DNA of 64,000 nt. Origin: Deltaproteobacteria bacterium. Lineage in GTDB: Bacteria; Desulfobacterota; Binatia; UBA12015. Each line of letters begins with the position of its first letter. Position 1 is the stretch's first letter. Positions 41,202 through 50,722 of the stretch are shown here, piece after piece. A program made the position numbers and the translations under genes. The DNA is taken from contig JAYGCM010000073.1 of assembly GCA_046583355.1 (NCBI GenBank), forward strand, positions 26,097 to 90,096, given 5' to 3'. The notes below the pieces were generated by a model. The model was not told the origin of the DNA and made no database searches. It was given only the letters and a program-made list of their open reading frames with translations.

Positions 41202-42497
41202 ATGGGCATCACGATCATCCAGAAGAGCACGCCGCGCACCCGCAAGCTCAACCCGAAACTCGCGTTGGTACTGGCCGGCGGTGCCGTTACCGGTGGCGCC
41301 TTCAAGCTCGGAGGGCTCGCGGCTCTCGATGATTTTCTGGTCACCCATAAAGTAGTCGATTTTGATATCTACGTGGGCCTCTCCGCCGGTGCCCTGCTGG
41401 CCGCACCGCTGGCCGCCGGTGTTCCGCCCTCCGAATTGATCGAGACCCTCGACGGCCACGACGACCTGGGCGAATTCCGCCTGCAGGATTTCTACCGCCC
41501 GAACCTGGGCGAGATCGTCTCGAAGCCGATCGATTTCATCACCGACCTTGCCACCTACGTCCCCGGCGCGATTGCCGAGATGTTGCGCAAAAGCCCGACC
41601 ACCTGGCGCCGCCTCCAGGAGCCATTGCGCGCCTGCGTCGAGGCCCCCAGCGGCGATTCGCTACAGCTCCTGGTTGCAGAATTGGTGCGCGGCCTGCAAA
41701 CGACGCGCAGCTTTCCCTTCGTACTGAACTACCTGCCTTCAGGAGCCTTCGATAACCGCGGTCTGGAGAGCTTTCTGCGGCGCGGCTTTGCCGCGCGCGG
41801 CGTCACCAATAATTTCCGAGCGCTCTACCGCGAACGCGGCAAGGAGCTCTACGTCGTCGCCGTAAACCTCGACACCGCCGAGCGTGTCGTCTTCGGCCAC
41901 GACGAGGACTCGGCTCTGACCATCTCGGAATCGGTACAAGCCTCCACGGCCCTGCCCGGTTTCTACAAGCCGGCCCGCATCAAGGGCGTCGATTATATTG
42001 ATGGTGCCGTGCGGCGCACCGTCAATATCGACGTTGCCATAGAGCACGGGGCCGATCTCGTCATCGCCTACAACCCCTTCCGGCCCTTCAATAATGAGCG
42101 CCTCCCCGGCGCCACCCGCGGCCAACGCGGCAGTCCCCTGGCCGACCACGGCCTCTTCGCCGTCGTCAACCAGGTGTTTCGGGCGCTCCTGCATTCCCGC
42201 CTGCATATCGGCCTCAACCAATACCGCGACGACCCCAGCTTCCAGGGCGATATCATCCTGATCGAGCCCACCGATAGCGACGAGACATTCTTCCAGATGT
42301 TCCCGCTGGATTTCTGGGCGCGCCGCCGCGCGGCCGAACATGGCTACCTCTCGGTGGCCGGATCCATCGAGGCGCACCATGATACCATCCAGACCATCCT
42401 GCGGCGCTACGGCATCCAGATGAACCCGGCGCCTACCCGCGAGGGCATCGAGCGCATCCGCGAGGCGCGGCCCTCCCCCAACGCAGCACGCGCCTGA
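41202..42497 (+). CDS. Patatin-like phospholipase
   Basis: LAGGAVTG, GLSAG nucleophile and DGA motif. Confidence 0.9.
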   Translation: MGITIIQKSTPRTRKLNPKLALVLAGGAVTGGAFKLGGLAALDDFLVTHKVVDFDIYVGLSAGALLAAPLAAGVPPSELIETLDGHDDLGEFRLQDFYRPNLGEIVSKPIDFITDLATYVPGAIAEMLRKSPTTWRRLQEPLRACVEAPSGDSLQLLVAELVRGLQTTRSFPFVLNYLPSGAFDNRGLESFLRRGFAARGVTNNFRALYRERGKELYVVAVNLDTAERVVFGHDEDSALTISESVQASTALPGFYKPARIKGVDYIDGAVRRTVNIDVAIEHGADLVIAYNPFRPFNNERLPGATRGQRGSPLADHGLFAVVNQVFRALLHSRLHIGLNQYRDDPSFQGDIILIEPTDSDETFFQMFPLDFWARRRAAEHGYLSVAGSIEAHHDTIQTILRRYGIQMNPAPTREGIERIREARPSPNAARA

Positions 42498-42578
42498 CGG
42501 GCCAGCCGCAGCTTACCTCTCGACAATAATGAAATCAGACAAATTGCCGCACTTCGGGACCTATGATACCCGAAGCCA

Positions 42579-43346
42579 ATGGCGAACGAGGCCGGAATAG
42601 TGGATCTGAAGGCGCAAAACCAGCTCGCCGAGGAGCAAAAACCCGAGGAGATCCTCGCTTGGGTCACCTCCACCTGGGCCCCCGACGCCGTCCTGACCAT
42701 GTCGTTTCAGCATGAAGGCGTGGTCATCGCCCATATGTTGCGCGAGATTGCCCCGGAGACACCGGTCCTCTTCATCGACACCGGCTACCATTTCCCCGAA
42801 ACGCTGGCCTACCGCGACGAATTGGTCGAGCGTTTCGGCCTGCAGATCCGCAACCTCAGTTCGGCCATGCCGCGCGGGGAATTCCTCGCGCAATATGGCG
42901 ACGCGCTCTACGAGAGCGACCCCGATCTCTGCTGCAAAATCAACAAAGTCGACCCCATGCAGCTGGCATTGAACGGCGTCGCCGCCTGGATCAACGGCCG
43001 GCGGCGCGACCAGGCGACGACGCGCTCGCAGATGAATATCCTGGAGCGCCTCGGCGGGGGAATCGTCAAGATCAACCCGCTCGCCAATTGGAAAGCCAAA
43101 GATACGTGGGAGTATATGCAGAAGCATGAAATCCCCACCCACCCGCTCTTCGACCAGGGCTATGCCAGCATCGGCTGCGCGCCGTGCACGCGTCCCGTCC
43201 TTGCCGGCGAAGACGAGCGTGCCGGACGTTGGGCTGGCAGCGGCAAGACGGAATGCGGCCTGCACACCATCGGCATGGCCACCGACGAAGACCCCGCAAG
43301 CGACGACGACGACGGCGCCAGCGAAGACCGCCCCGCCCGGTCCTGA
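42579..43346 (+). CDS. cysH: APS/PAPS reductase (4Fe-4S, APS-reductase type)
   Basis: DTGYHFPET, CCxxxK, SIGCAPCT, ERAGRW and ECGLH. Confidence 0.93.
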   Translation: MANEAGIVDLKAQNQLAEEQKPEEILAWVTSTWAPDAVLTMSFQHEGVVIAHMLREIAPETPVLFIDTGYHFPETLAYRDELVERFGLQIRNLSSAMPRGEFLAQYGDALYESDPDLCCKINKVDPMQLALNGVAAWINGRRRDQATTRSQMNILERLGGGIVKINPLANWKAKDTWEYMQKHEIPTHPLFDQGYASIGCAPCTRPVLAGEDERAGRWAGSGKTECGLHTIGMATDEDPASDDDDGASEDRPARS

Positions 43347-43385
43347 CCCGGGCAGCTCGGCCAAGAGGCGCGGCCACCCGTTCCC

Positions 43386-43490
43386 CGCAACGGTTCAGCA
43401 TTTTTTACGCACGGCCAGTCGCCCGGCTTGTACAGGGTCTTGCCGGTTTCAGGGCCGCGCAGCGGCTCAGCGTTTTTTGCGCGCGGCCAG
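43386..43490. repeat. Two-copy 33-bp imperfect direct repeat (43386-43418 and 43458-43490)
   Basis: CGCAACGGTTCAGCATTTTTTACGCACGGCCAG versus CGCAGCGGCTCAGCGTTTTTTGCGCGCGGCCAG: 28/33 identical, all differences transitions. Confidence 0.8.
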
Positions 43491-44261
43491 ACCCGCGAGA
43501 TAGGCCGCCGCCTTCTCGCGCCCCTCGGGATCGTGCAAGCCCGTGAGGAAGAGGTCGGCATCGAGGCGCGCGGCGCTCATCGAGATCATCTCGTCGGTGA
43601 TCGCGTCGGTCTGCCGCTTGGTCGAGAGCAGTGCAAATCCGGCCTTGTCAGCCAATTGTGCGGCAAGCGTCTCGACTTCCTGCTCGAGTTTCGCGGCCGC
43701 TACCACCCGGTTCAGAAAGCCGATCTGTTTTGCTTCCAGCGCATCGAAGGGCCGGCAGGTCATCACCAACTCCTTGGTCATCGCCGGACCGATCTCGCGC
43801 ACCAACCGCTGCACCCCGCCCCAGGCAAGCGGAATGCCGATATCGACCTCGGGGATACGAAAAACAGTATCTTCGGCGGCAACCCGCAGGTCACAGGCAC
43901 TCGCCAAAACCACGCCGCCACCGATACAATGGCCGTGGATGCGCGCGATCGTCACGGCCTTCATCCGCTCGACGGCCTCCGCCATGCGACGTCCCTCGTC
44001 AGGCAGATCGCGCGGCGCAACATCGGGCCGCGCACTACCGGGGCCGAAAGCGCTCACATCGGCACCGGCCGAAAAGACCCGCCCGGCTCCGGCCACCACC
44101 ACGACCTTCAGCCCAGGCTGCGCGTCGAAAAAGGCCGCCGCCTCGATGATCGCGTGCAAGGTCTCGCTACCGAGCGGATTAAGCCGCGCCGGCTCATCGA
44201 GCAGCAACTCGCCGCGGGCTCCGTCGACCGAGGCTGCCACATTTCCGAATCTGGTTTGCAT
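43467..44261 (-). CDS. Enoyl-CoA hydratase/isomerase family protein
   Basis: FSAGAD, HCIGGG..CDLR and PEVDIG. Confidence 0.93.
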   Translation of the reverse strand: MQTRFGNVAASVDGARGELLLDEPARLNPLGSETLHAIIEAAAFFDAQPGLKVVVVAGAGRVFSAGADVSAFGPGSARPDVAPRDLPDEGRRMAEAVERMKAVTIARIHGHCIGGGVVLASACDLRVAAEDTVFRIPEVDIGIPLAWGGVQRLVREIGPAMTKELVMTCRPFDALEAKQIGFLNRVVAAAKLEQEVETLAAQLADKAGFALLSTKRQTDAITDEMISMSAARLDADLFLTGLHDPEGREKAAAYLAGLAARKKR

Positions 44262-44263
44262 GG

Positions 44264-44908
44264 TTAAGCCGATCTTTCGAGCAGAGCCAGGACCAGATCG
44301 CCTACCGCTTGCTCGGCGCTCTCGGCGCTGAGGCCCTGATTGTCGCGCAGGTGGTCCCAGGCCTCGGGGGCCGTCAATAGATCGACACCCGCGGCGAGAG
44401 CAGCTGGCGCGTTGTCCAATTCGGCCAGCGACCGCCGGGTATCGGCGCGAAGCTCGAGCAGGTTCTCGGTGTCGAATTTCTGCAGGACGGGAGAGCGCCA
44501 GATATGGACAGCATTGGCCCGACGGAAGGGGGCGAGGCCCTCGAAAAGAGCCGCGCGGCGCGCCACCAGATCGCGGATGCGTTTCGCAAGCGGGCCCGAT
44601 ACCGGATGCCCGCCCAGCTGTTCGCGCGCCTGCTCGCGGACCTGCGTGGCAAGTTCCGCAAAAAGGCTCTCGAGATCATCGAAATGGCGGAAGACCGTGC
44701 GACGACCAACGCCGGCGCGTTCGGCGACCTGGTCGGCAGTCGGGCGCCGGTGGCCCTCGCCGATCAGCTCGTAGAGTGCCTGGACGACCTTCTCGCGGTT
44801 GCGCACGCGCCGGCGCGTACGCCCGTCGCCTTGCGCGCTATCCGTTTCGACCTCGATTGTCAGAATTCTTGCCTCCCCGCCCGCGGCGGCTGCTTGCGAT
44901 GATGGCAA
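44264..44908 (-). CDS. TetR/AcrR family regulator (start uncertain)
   Basis: DGRTRRR..PTADQVAERAGVGRRTVFRHFDDLESL HTH. Confidence 0.88.
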   Translation of the reverse strand: MPSSQAAAAGGEARILTIEVETDSAQGDGRTRRRVRNREKVVQALYELIGEGHRRPTADQVAERAGVGRRTVFRHFDDLESLFAELATQVREQAREQLGGHPVSGPLAKRIRDLVARRAALFEGLAPFRRANAVHIWRSPVLQKFDTENLLELRADTRRSLAELDNAPAALAAGVDLLTAPEAWDHLRDNQGLSAESAEQAVGDLVLALLERSA

Positions 44909-44963
44909 ATCGGCATGGTGAGTGCCAATTTTTTGCGCGCCGCTAGAGGTCCGGCCGAAGGAT

Positions 44964-45731
44964 TCAAAACATGGCATCCGGGTCGAGGTCTTCGTCGCCT
45001 TCCAGTTGCACCAGGGCATCACCGCCGCGGCGGATGATCCAGCGCTGGATCTCGCTCATCCAGGCATCCCAAGGCTCCTCGAGCATCGCATAATGGCCCG
45101 CCTCGCGGGCGATGAAATCCGCACCGATCCCCTGCGCTGTGATCTCGACAAGGTGGCGCTTGGCGATCGAGTCTCTCGTATAGCCGACCAGCAGCGTCGG
45201 AACCTGCACCCGCCCGGGTCGGATCGCAGGGCCGGACACCGAGGCGACCAGGCGAGCCGGGTCGGGCACCAGAGCATGCGCCAGGCGCGCCTGCCCCTTG
45301 GCGGAGGCAACGGCCAGCATTTCATGGCCCGGCAAGGGCGGCGGCAGATCGGTGCCACGCAGCTTGGCTATCCAGACCGGCAAGCGCGGATGCACCCCAC
45401 TGACGCCACTCAGCAGCGGCGCGCTCGCCACCACCGCGCGCGGCAGACCACGCATGCCCAACGCCAGCGCGACCAGGGCACCCGCATCGTGACCGATGAG
45501 GATGGCCGGGGCCGGTAGACTCTCAAGATGAGCGGCAACCGCGCCACACCAATCTTCCAAATTCGTAGCCGCGCCGTCGCAGCGCAGGTCGAGCAGATCG
45601 CAACGCCATCCCCGGTGTGCGAAGCCGAGCGCTGCGGGCCGCCAGATTTCCCTGGTGGTCCAGAGGCCATGCACGAAAACGAGATCGGCCGCATAGCGTC
45701 CGTTCTCGGGCTCAATGGACTCGACCCTCAT
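44964..45731 (-). CDS. Alpha/beta fold hydrolase
   Basis: FVHGLW, GHDAGA elbow and GHY. Confidence 0.8.
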   Translation of the reverse strand: MRVESIEPENGRYAADLVFVHGLWTTREIWRPAALGFAHRGWRCDLLDLRCDGAATNLEDWCGAVAAHLESLPAPAILIGHDAGALVALALGMRGLPRAVVASAPLLSGVSGVHPRLPVWIAKLRGTDLPPPLPGHEMLAVASAKGQARLAHALVPDPARLVASVSGPAIRPGRVQVPTLLVGYTRDSIAKRHLVEITAQGIGADFIAREAGHYAMLEEPWDAWMSEIQRWIIRRGGDALVQLEGDEDLDPDAMF

Positions 45732-46174
45732 GGCTTGGGCAAATTCTGCTCGTTACAGCGGCACGTCCCGTCTTCATGCAACTCGATCATATGACCCATC
45801 GGGTCGCGCAGGAAGATCTGGTCGGTACCGACACCGCGGGCCGCCGGCAGAAGCACGAAGGGAACGCCGCGCTGCTCAAGCTCGCGCTGCGCCTCGGCGA
45901 GATCCTCTACCGCCAGAGCCAGGTGCGTCTCAAGCGGATTGGCCGGCGCATCCGGACCACCCGGCACCTGCACGTCGACGGCAATGATATGTACCTGTGC
46001 GCGCCCCTGGGGGCCGACATGATACCAATTTCCATCAATCCCAAAATCCGGGCGCTCGACATCGTCGCGGAGCCCGAGCATCTCGGAATAAAAAGCGCGC
46101 GTCGCAGCCAGCTTCTCTCCGCTGGCGCCGGCCGCGACCGCATGATGATGCAATTCCGTTACCTTGATCGGCAT
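45728..46174 (-). CDS. VOC (glyoxalase/bleomycin resistance) family protein
   Basis: LHHHA, FYSEMLGL, HLALAV and FLRDPMGHMIEL. Confidence 0.9.
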   Translation of the reverse strand: MPIKVTELHHHAVAAGASGEKLAATRAFYSEMLGLRDDVERPDFGIDGNWYHVGPQGRAQVHIIAVDVQVPGGPDAPANPLETHLALAVEDLAEAQRELEQRGVPFVLLPAARGVGTDQIFLRDPMGHMIELHEDGTCRCNEQNLPKP

Positions 46175-46185
46175 TCCTGTCTCCT

Positions 46186-47022
46186 TCAGCTGACGGACTC
46201 GCCCAATGCCGCGGCCCCGACCTTGTAGATAGTCCCACAAAAATCACAGGTGACTTCTTCGAAGCGGCCGTCGCGCACCTCGGCGAGTTCCTCGGGCGAG
46301 AGCGTCCGCACGGCATCTGTCGCGCGCTCCAGCGAACAGCGGCAGCGGTAGAGCAGCGGATCCTCGCCGAGGATATGCAAATCGACACCCTCCAGGAGTT
46401 GGCGCGCGGCATCGGCCGGTTCCGCACCGGCAGCCACGATATCGGCAAACGAGGCCCTCTCGAGGCAGGCCGTGACCCGCTCGAGGTGTTCGCGTTCACA
46501 ATCAGGCAAGGCCTGTACCATCATGCCGCCGGCGCGCTCCACCACACCCTCGGCAGAGACCGCCACGGCAAGCGAGAAAAGGGTCGCCGTCTGTTCGGAT
46601 TCCCGACAAAAGGTCTGCAACGCGTCGGCCAGACTCGCGTCCGCTACCGCCACCTGACTCTGATAGAAGCTGCCGCTGCGAAAACCATGACGCGAGATCC
46701 GCAACTCGCCACTGCGAGCGACCAGCGGGTCTTGCGTCGCCTGCGGATGATCGACGCGGCCGCGCACCTGCGGCCCAGGCCAGATATCGGCCAGCATCTG
46801 GCCCGCACTGCCCTCATGCACAAAGGCGCATTGCACACGGTCCACAGGGCTTTGCGCCAGTTGCAGCAAGGCCACGCCGGTGAGCAAAGAGCCAAAGGCC
46901 TCGGTCACCGCGGCATTGCTGCCCGCAACACGCGCGGCTTCGGCCACCATCGCGGTCGAGGTTGCTGTCAGAATCCGGACGGTGCCATCACCCGTCATCC
47001 ACCGATCGATCCGATCTGCCAT
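46186..47022 (-). CDS. hslO: Hsp33 redox-regulated chaperone
   Basis: SEQ, AGGMMVQALP and the zinc-switch CRCS...CDFC. Confidence 0.9.
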   Translation of the reverse strand: MADRIDRWMTGDGTVRILTATSTAMVAEAARVAGSNAAVTEAFGSLLTGVALLQLAQSPVDRVQCAFVHEGSAGQMLADIWPGPQVRGRVDHPQATQDPLVARSGELRISRHGFRSGSFYQSQVAVADASLADALQTFCRESEQTATLFSLAVAVSAEGVVERAGGMMVQALPDCEREHLERVTACLERASFADIVAAGAEPADAARQLLEGVDLHILGEDPLLYRCRCSLERATDAVRTLSPEELAEVRDGRFEEVTCDFCGTIYKVGAAALGESVS

Positions 47023-47123
47023 ACCCGAGGGTCTTCGCAAAGAGCCGCGCACTCTGCCACCGCGCAGCCCCAGTACCCCGAGTGCCGCTTGTGACTCCGG
47101 GGATCAATCGGCAGGGTCACTCC

Positions 47124-48131
47124 ATGTCCGATATCTATCGTATTTTCGGTTCGGAAAATTCCCCCTACTCCATCAAGGTGCGCGCCTATTACCGCTACAA
47201 GGGCATCGCGCACGAATGGATCCTGCGCACCGGCGCGACCATGGAGGAGTACAAGAAGTACGCGCGCCTGCCGATTGTCCCGGCCGTCGCGACGCCCGAG
47301 GACAAGGCCCTGCAGGACTCCACGCCGATCATCGAAGAGATGGAACGACGCTTCCCGGAGCCCTCGATCCAGCCGGCCGACCCCGTCTTGCGCTTTCTCG
47401 CCGAATTGATCGAGGAATTCGGCGATGAATGGGCCAATAAATGGATGTTCCACTACCGCTGGGCGCGCGAGGTCGACCAGAAGACGGTGGCCCGTCGCCT
47501 TGTCACCGAAATGATGGGACCCGAGGCGTCCGAAGAACAGATCGCGCCGATGGCCGAGCAAATCCAGGCGCGCATGAGCGGCCGCGGCTTCGCGGTCGGC
47601 TCCAACGAGAAGACCGCCGGCCTCCTCGAAGACGGCTTCCGCGAAGGCATCGCGTTGCTCGAAGCGCATCTGACTGAACGACCGTGGCTTTTCGGCACCC
47701 GCCCGTCGATTGCTGATTTGAGCCTCGGCGCGCAGATCTACGAAGCCCTGATCGATCCGACCGCCGGCGCGATCCTGCGCGAGCAGGCGCCAAGGACCGC
47801 GGCCTGGTCCGAGCGCAGCCTGGAGCCGACGGCGAACGGCACCTACGAGAGCATGGCTGCGCTGGCGCCCACACTGGATCCACTACTTGCCGGTCCCGTG
47901 CGTTTCTTCCTCGCGTGGTCCAACCAGAATGCCCAAGCAATCGCGGACGGTGCCGAAGAGTTCAGCTTCTCCTTTGCCGGGCGCGATTGGTGGCAGACCG
48001 TCGGAGGCCCGCAGAAATACCACGCCAAATCGCTCAAAGTGCTGAAGCAGAAATACGCCGAAACCAGCAGCAATGCAGAGCTTGCTGCCGTGCTTGAGCG
48101 AAGCGGCCTACGCGAATTTCTCGTCAGCTGA
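47124..48131 (+). CDS. Glutathione S-transferase N-terminal domain protein
   Basis: SPYSIKVR, VP..QDSTPII, EEFGDEW and LFGTRPSIAD. Confidence 0.88.
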   Translation: MSDIYRIFGSENSPYSIKVRAYYRYKGIAHEWILRTGATMEEYKKYARLPIVPAVATPEDKALQDSTPIIEEMERRFPEPSIQPADPVLRFLAELIEEFGDEWANKWMFHYRWAREVDQKTVARRLVTEMMGPEASEEQIAPMAEQIQARMSGRGFAVGSNEKTAGLLEDGFREGIALLEAHLTERPWLFGTRPSIADLSLGAQIYEALIDPTAGAILREQAPRTAAWSERSLEPTANGTYESMAALAPTLDPLLAGPVRFFLAWSNQNAQAIADGAEEFSFSFAGRDWWQTVGGPQKYHAKSLKVLKQKYAETSSNAELAAVLERSGLREFLVS

Positions 48132-48340
48132 GCGGACGCGCCTCGGCGATTGCCGCGCGGCGCATCTCTTCGGGAAAAACCGGCAGCAGCGCCTTGAGCA
48201 GGTTTTCCTCCTGCTTCGCGGGCGTCGATGCCGCGCGACTGCACGGCAAGAGTCCGGTGACCGGCGCCGCGCAGCGCGACGACCAACTCGTTGAAGTCCG
48301 CAGCGCCACGGCCAAAGCTCGGGAGAGCGACTTGCCCAAC
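48124..48340 (-). pseudogene. Remnant of an alpha/beta hydrolase gene
   Basis: VALPSFGRGAADFNELVVALRGAGHRTLAVQSRGI resembles a hydrolase N-terminus, followed by EAGGK and a frame change; no catalytic elbow present. Confidence 0.45.
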
Positions 48341-48429
48341 CGGGCGGGCGCTTGCGGACCGAGCGTGCCACCTTGTGATCAGCGCCATGAAATGGCACTC
48401 AAAGAGACAAAAGAAGGAGTACTCTGCTG

Positions 48430-49455
<1,026 letters not shown>

Positions 49456-49469
49456 CAATCCAGCCTGCT

Positions 49470-49499
49470 GCGGCGTCCCGGCTCGAATAGGGACGCCGC
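49470..49499. terminator. Hairpin between convergent genes
   Basis: GCGGCGTCCC-N10-GGGACGCCGC; no U-tract. Confidence 0.55.
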
Positions 49500-49501
49500 C
49501 T

Positions 49502-49705
49502 CTAGGGCCGTAGCTGAAAAAGGCTCTCGACCGGCAGGCCCAACGCGCGCGCCAAGCGCAATGCCGTAACGACATTCGGCACCACCCGACCGTTCTTGAT
49601 TCGGTTCACATGACCCGCATCCATCTCGGTTACCGCGGCAAGCTCCCGGTCGGCTACGTCGCGTTCTGACAAAATTCGGCCCAGGCTGTTGTGAATCTGC
49701 ATCAA
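49502..49705 (-). CDS. Small XRE/Cro-type HTH regulator
   Basis: RELAA..VNRIKNGRVVPNVVTALRLARALGLPVESLF; GGGGGG RBS. Confidence 0.85.
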   Translation of the reverse strand: MMQIHNSLGRILSERDVADRELAAVTEMDAGHVNRIKNGRVVPNVVTALRLARALGLPVESLFQLRP

Positions 49706-49933
49706 TTCCCCCCTGCTGAAGATGGCCCGCTTCGCCTCAAGGCGACATCGCGGACCCGGTTCTCACCAAGGGTGACATCTTGCGCTACCCGATAGACTCT
49801 GCGCAACCCGAAAAAGAGTATTCGCATCCTACCCCCGACATTATTCGCACTTTCACGCGAGATGAAATGCCAGCCGACACAGCAGACCCAAGCGGGCCGG
49901 GAGCCTGTGCCGCAGGGGGCCCAGCAGAAACGA

Positions 49934-49965
49934 AAAGGCCCCCGGTCCTGCGACCGGGGGCCTTT
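49934..49965 (-). terminator. Intrinsic terminator of the histone-like gene transcript
   Basis: AAAGGCCCCCGGTC-N4-GACCGGGGGCCTTT, followed by a T-rich tract on the minus strand. Confidence 0.85.
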
Positions 49966-49971
49966 CTGCAT

Positions 49972-50085
49972 CGAGTCCGAAGACTCGGACTCGCCTGAGA
50001 GAGAGTATCCAAACCGCCCCTCTTTCGAGAGGCAGGGGAGCCGGCATTCGACTCCCGCCCCGGGGTTACCGCCCCGAGTCGGTTA
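49972..50085 (-). ncRNA. Candidate structured RNA element in the 3' UTR of the histone-like gene
   Basis: Four consecutive hairpins (CGGGG/CCCCG; GGGAG/CTCCC; GCCTCTC-GAAA-GAGGGGC; CGAGTCCGA/TCGGACTCG); the first three are enclosed by AACCG/CGGTT. Also complementary to the 5' UTR. Confidence 0.4.
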
Positions 50086-50088
50086 ATC

Positions 50089-50469
50089 TTATTTCCTCTT
50101 CCGACTCGCTGCTTTTTTCTTGCGAGCCGGTGCTTTTTTCTTCTTGGCAGCAGCCTTTTTCTTGGGCGCAGCCTTTTTCTTCTTGGCTACAGCCTTCTTT
50201 TTAGGCGTAGCTTTTTTCTTTTTCGCGGCCGCCTTTTTCTTCGGCGCAGCCTTTTTCTTCTTCGCTACAGCCTTCTTCTTCTTCGGCGCAGCCTTTTTCT
50301 TCTTCGCTACAGCCTTTTTCCTGGGCGCAGCCTTTTTCTTCTTGGCTACAACCTTTTTCTTCTTCTTGGCTACGGCTTTTTTCTTACGAGCCGGAGCTTT
50401 TTTCTTCTTCGCCACGACTTTTTTCTTGCGAGCCGGCGCCTTCTTCTTCTTCTTCTTGGCAACTGCCAT
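50089..50469 (-). CDS. Histone H1-like Lys/Ala-rich basic protein (126 aa)
   Basis: Repeats such as KKKKAAP and KKKAVA; about 65 Lys and no acidic residues; perfect TAAGGAGG RBS; own promoter and terminator. Confidence 0.85.
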   Translation of the reverse strand: MAVAKKKKKKAPARKKKVVAKKKKAPARKKKAVAKKKKKVVAKKKKAAPRKKAVAKKKKAAPKKKKAVAKKKKAAPKKKAAAKKKKATPKKKAVAKKKKAAPKKKAAAKKKKAPARKKKAASRKRK

Positions 50470-50553
50470 GAGATTCCTCCTTAAGGTTCCCCTGTGATCC
50501 ACTCTCAGGCGAGTCGGGCATCACCACCCCACCTCACCGTAATACTAAACAGC

Positions 50554-50583
50554 ATTTTACTCATGAACCGGCCCGTGTGTCAA
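50554..50583 (-). promoter_or_regulatory. Sigma70-type promoter of the histone-like gene
   Basis: TTGACA (50583-50578), 18-nt spacer, TAAAAT (50559-50554). Confidence 0.7.
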
Positions 50584-50722
50584 CAGGGAGAATGCCATTT
50601 TGAAATGGAAATCAGTCGCGTAGATATTGAACCTTGAGATCGGCAATCGGCGCCAACGGCAAGAACCTTGTTTTGCGAATGGTCCGTTTTGCCTGCTCCG
50701 TCCAATTTGCTAAGACGCTGGC

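Noticed and set aside
43386..43490. 33-bp repeat with a 39-bp spacer as a mini CRISPR array or a DGR TR/VR pair
   Set aside because: Only two degenerate copies, one overlapping a coding end. There is no cas or reverse transcriptase gene, and sense-strand differences are mostly C/T rather than adenine-specific.
50040..50062. TTCGACTCCC resembling a tRNA T-loop (possible selC)
   Set aside because: The flanks do not form a T-stem, and no acceptor or anticodon arms can be built.
50120..50497. Phe/Ala-rich plus-strand ORF as a membrane toxin
   Set aside because: It is the mirror of the Lys-rich gene; RBS, promoter and terminator all support the minus strand.
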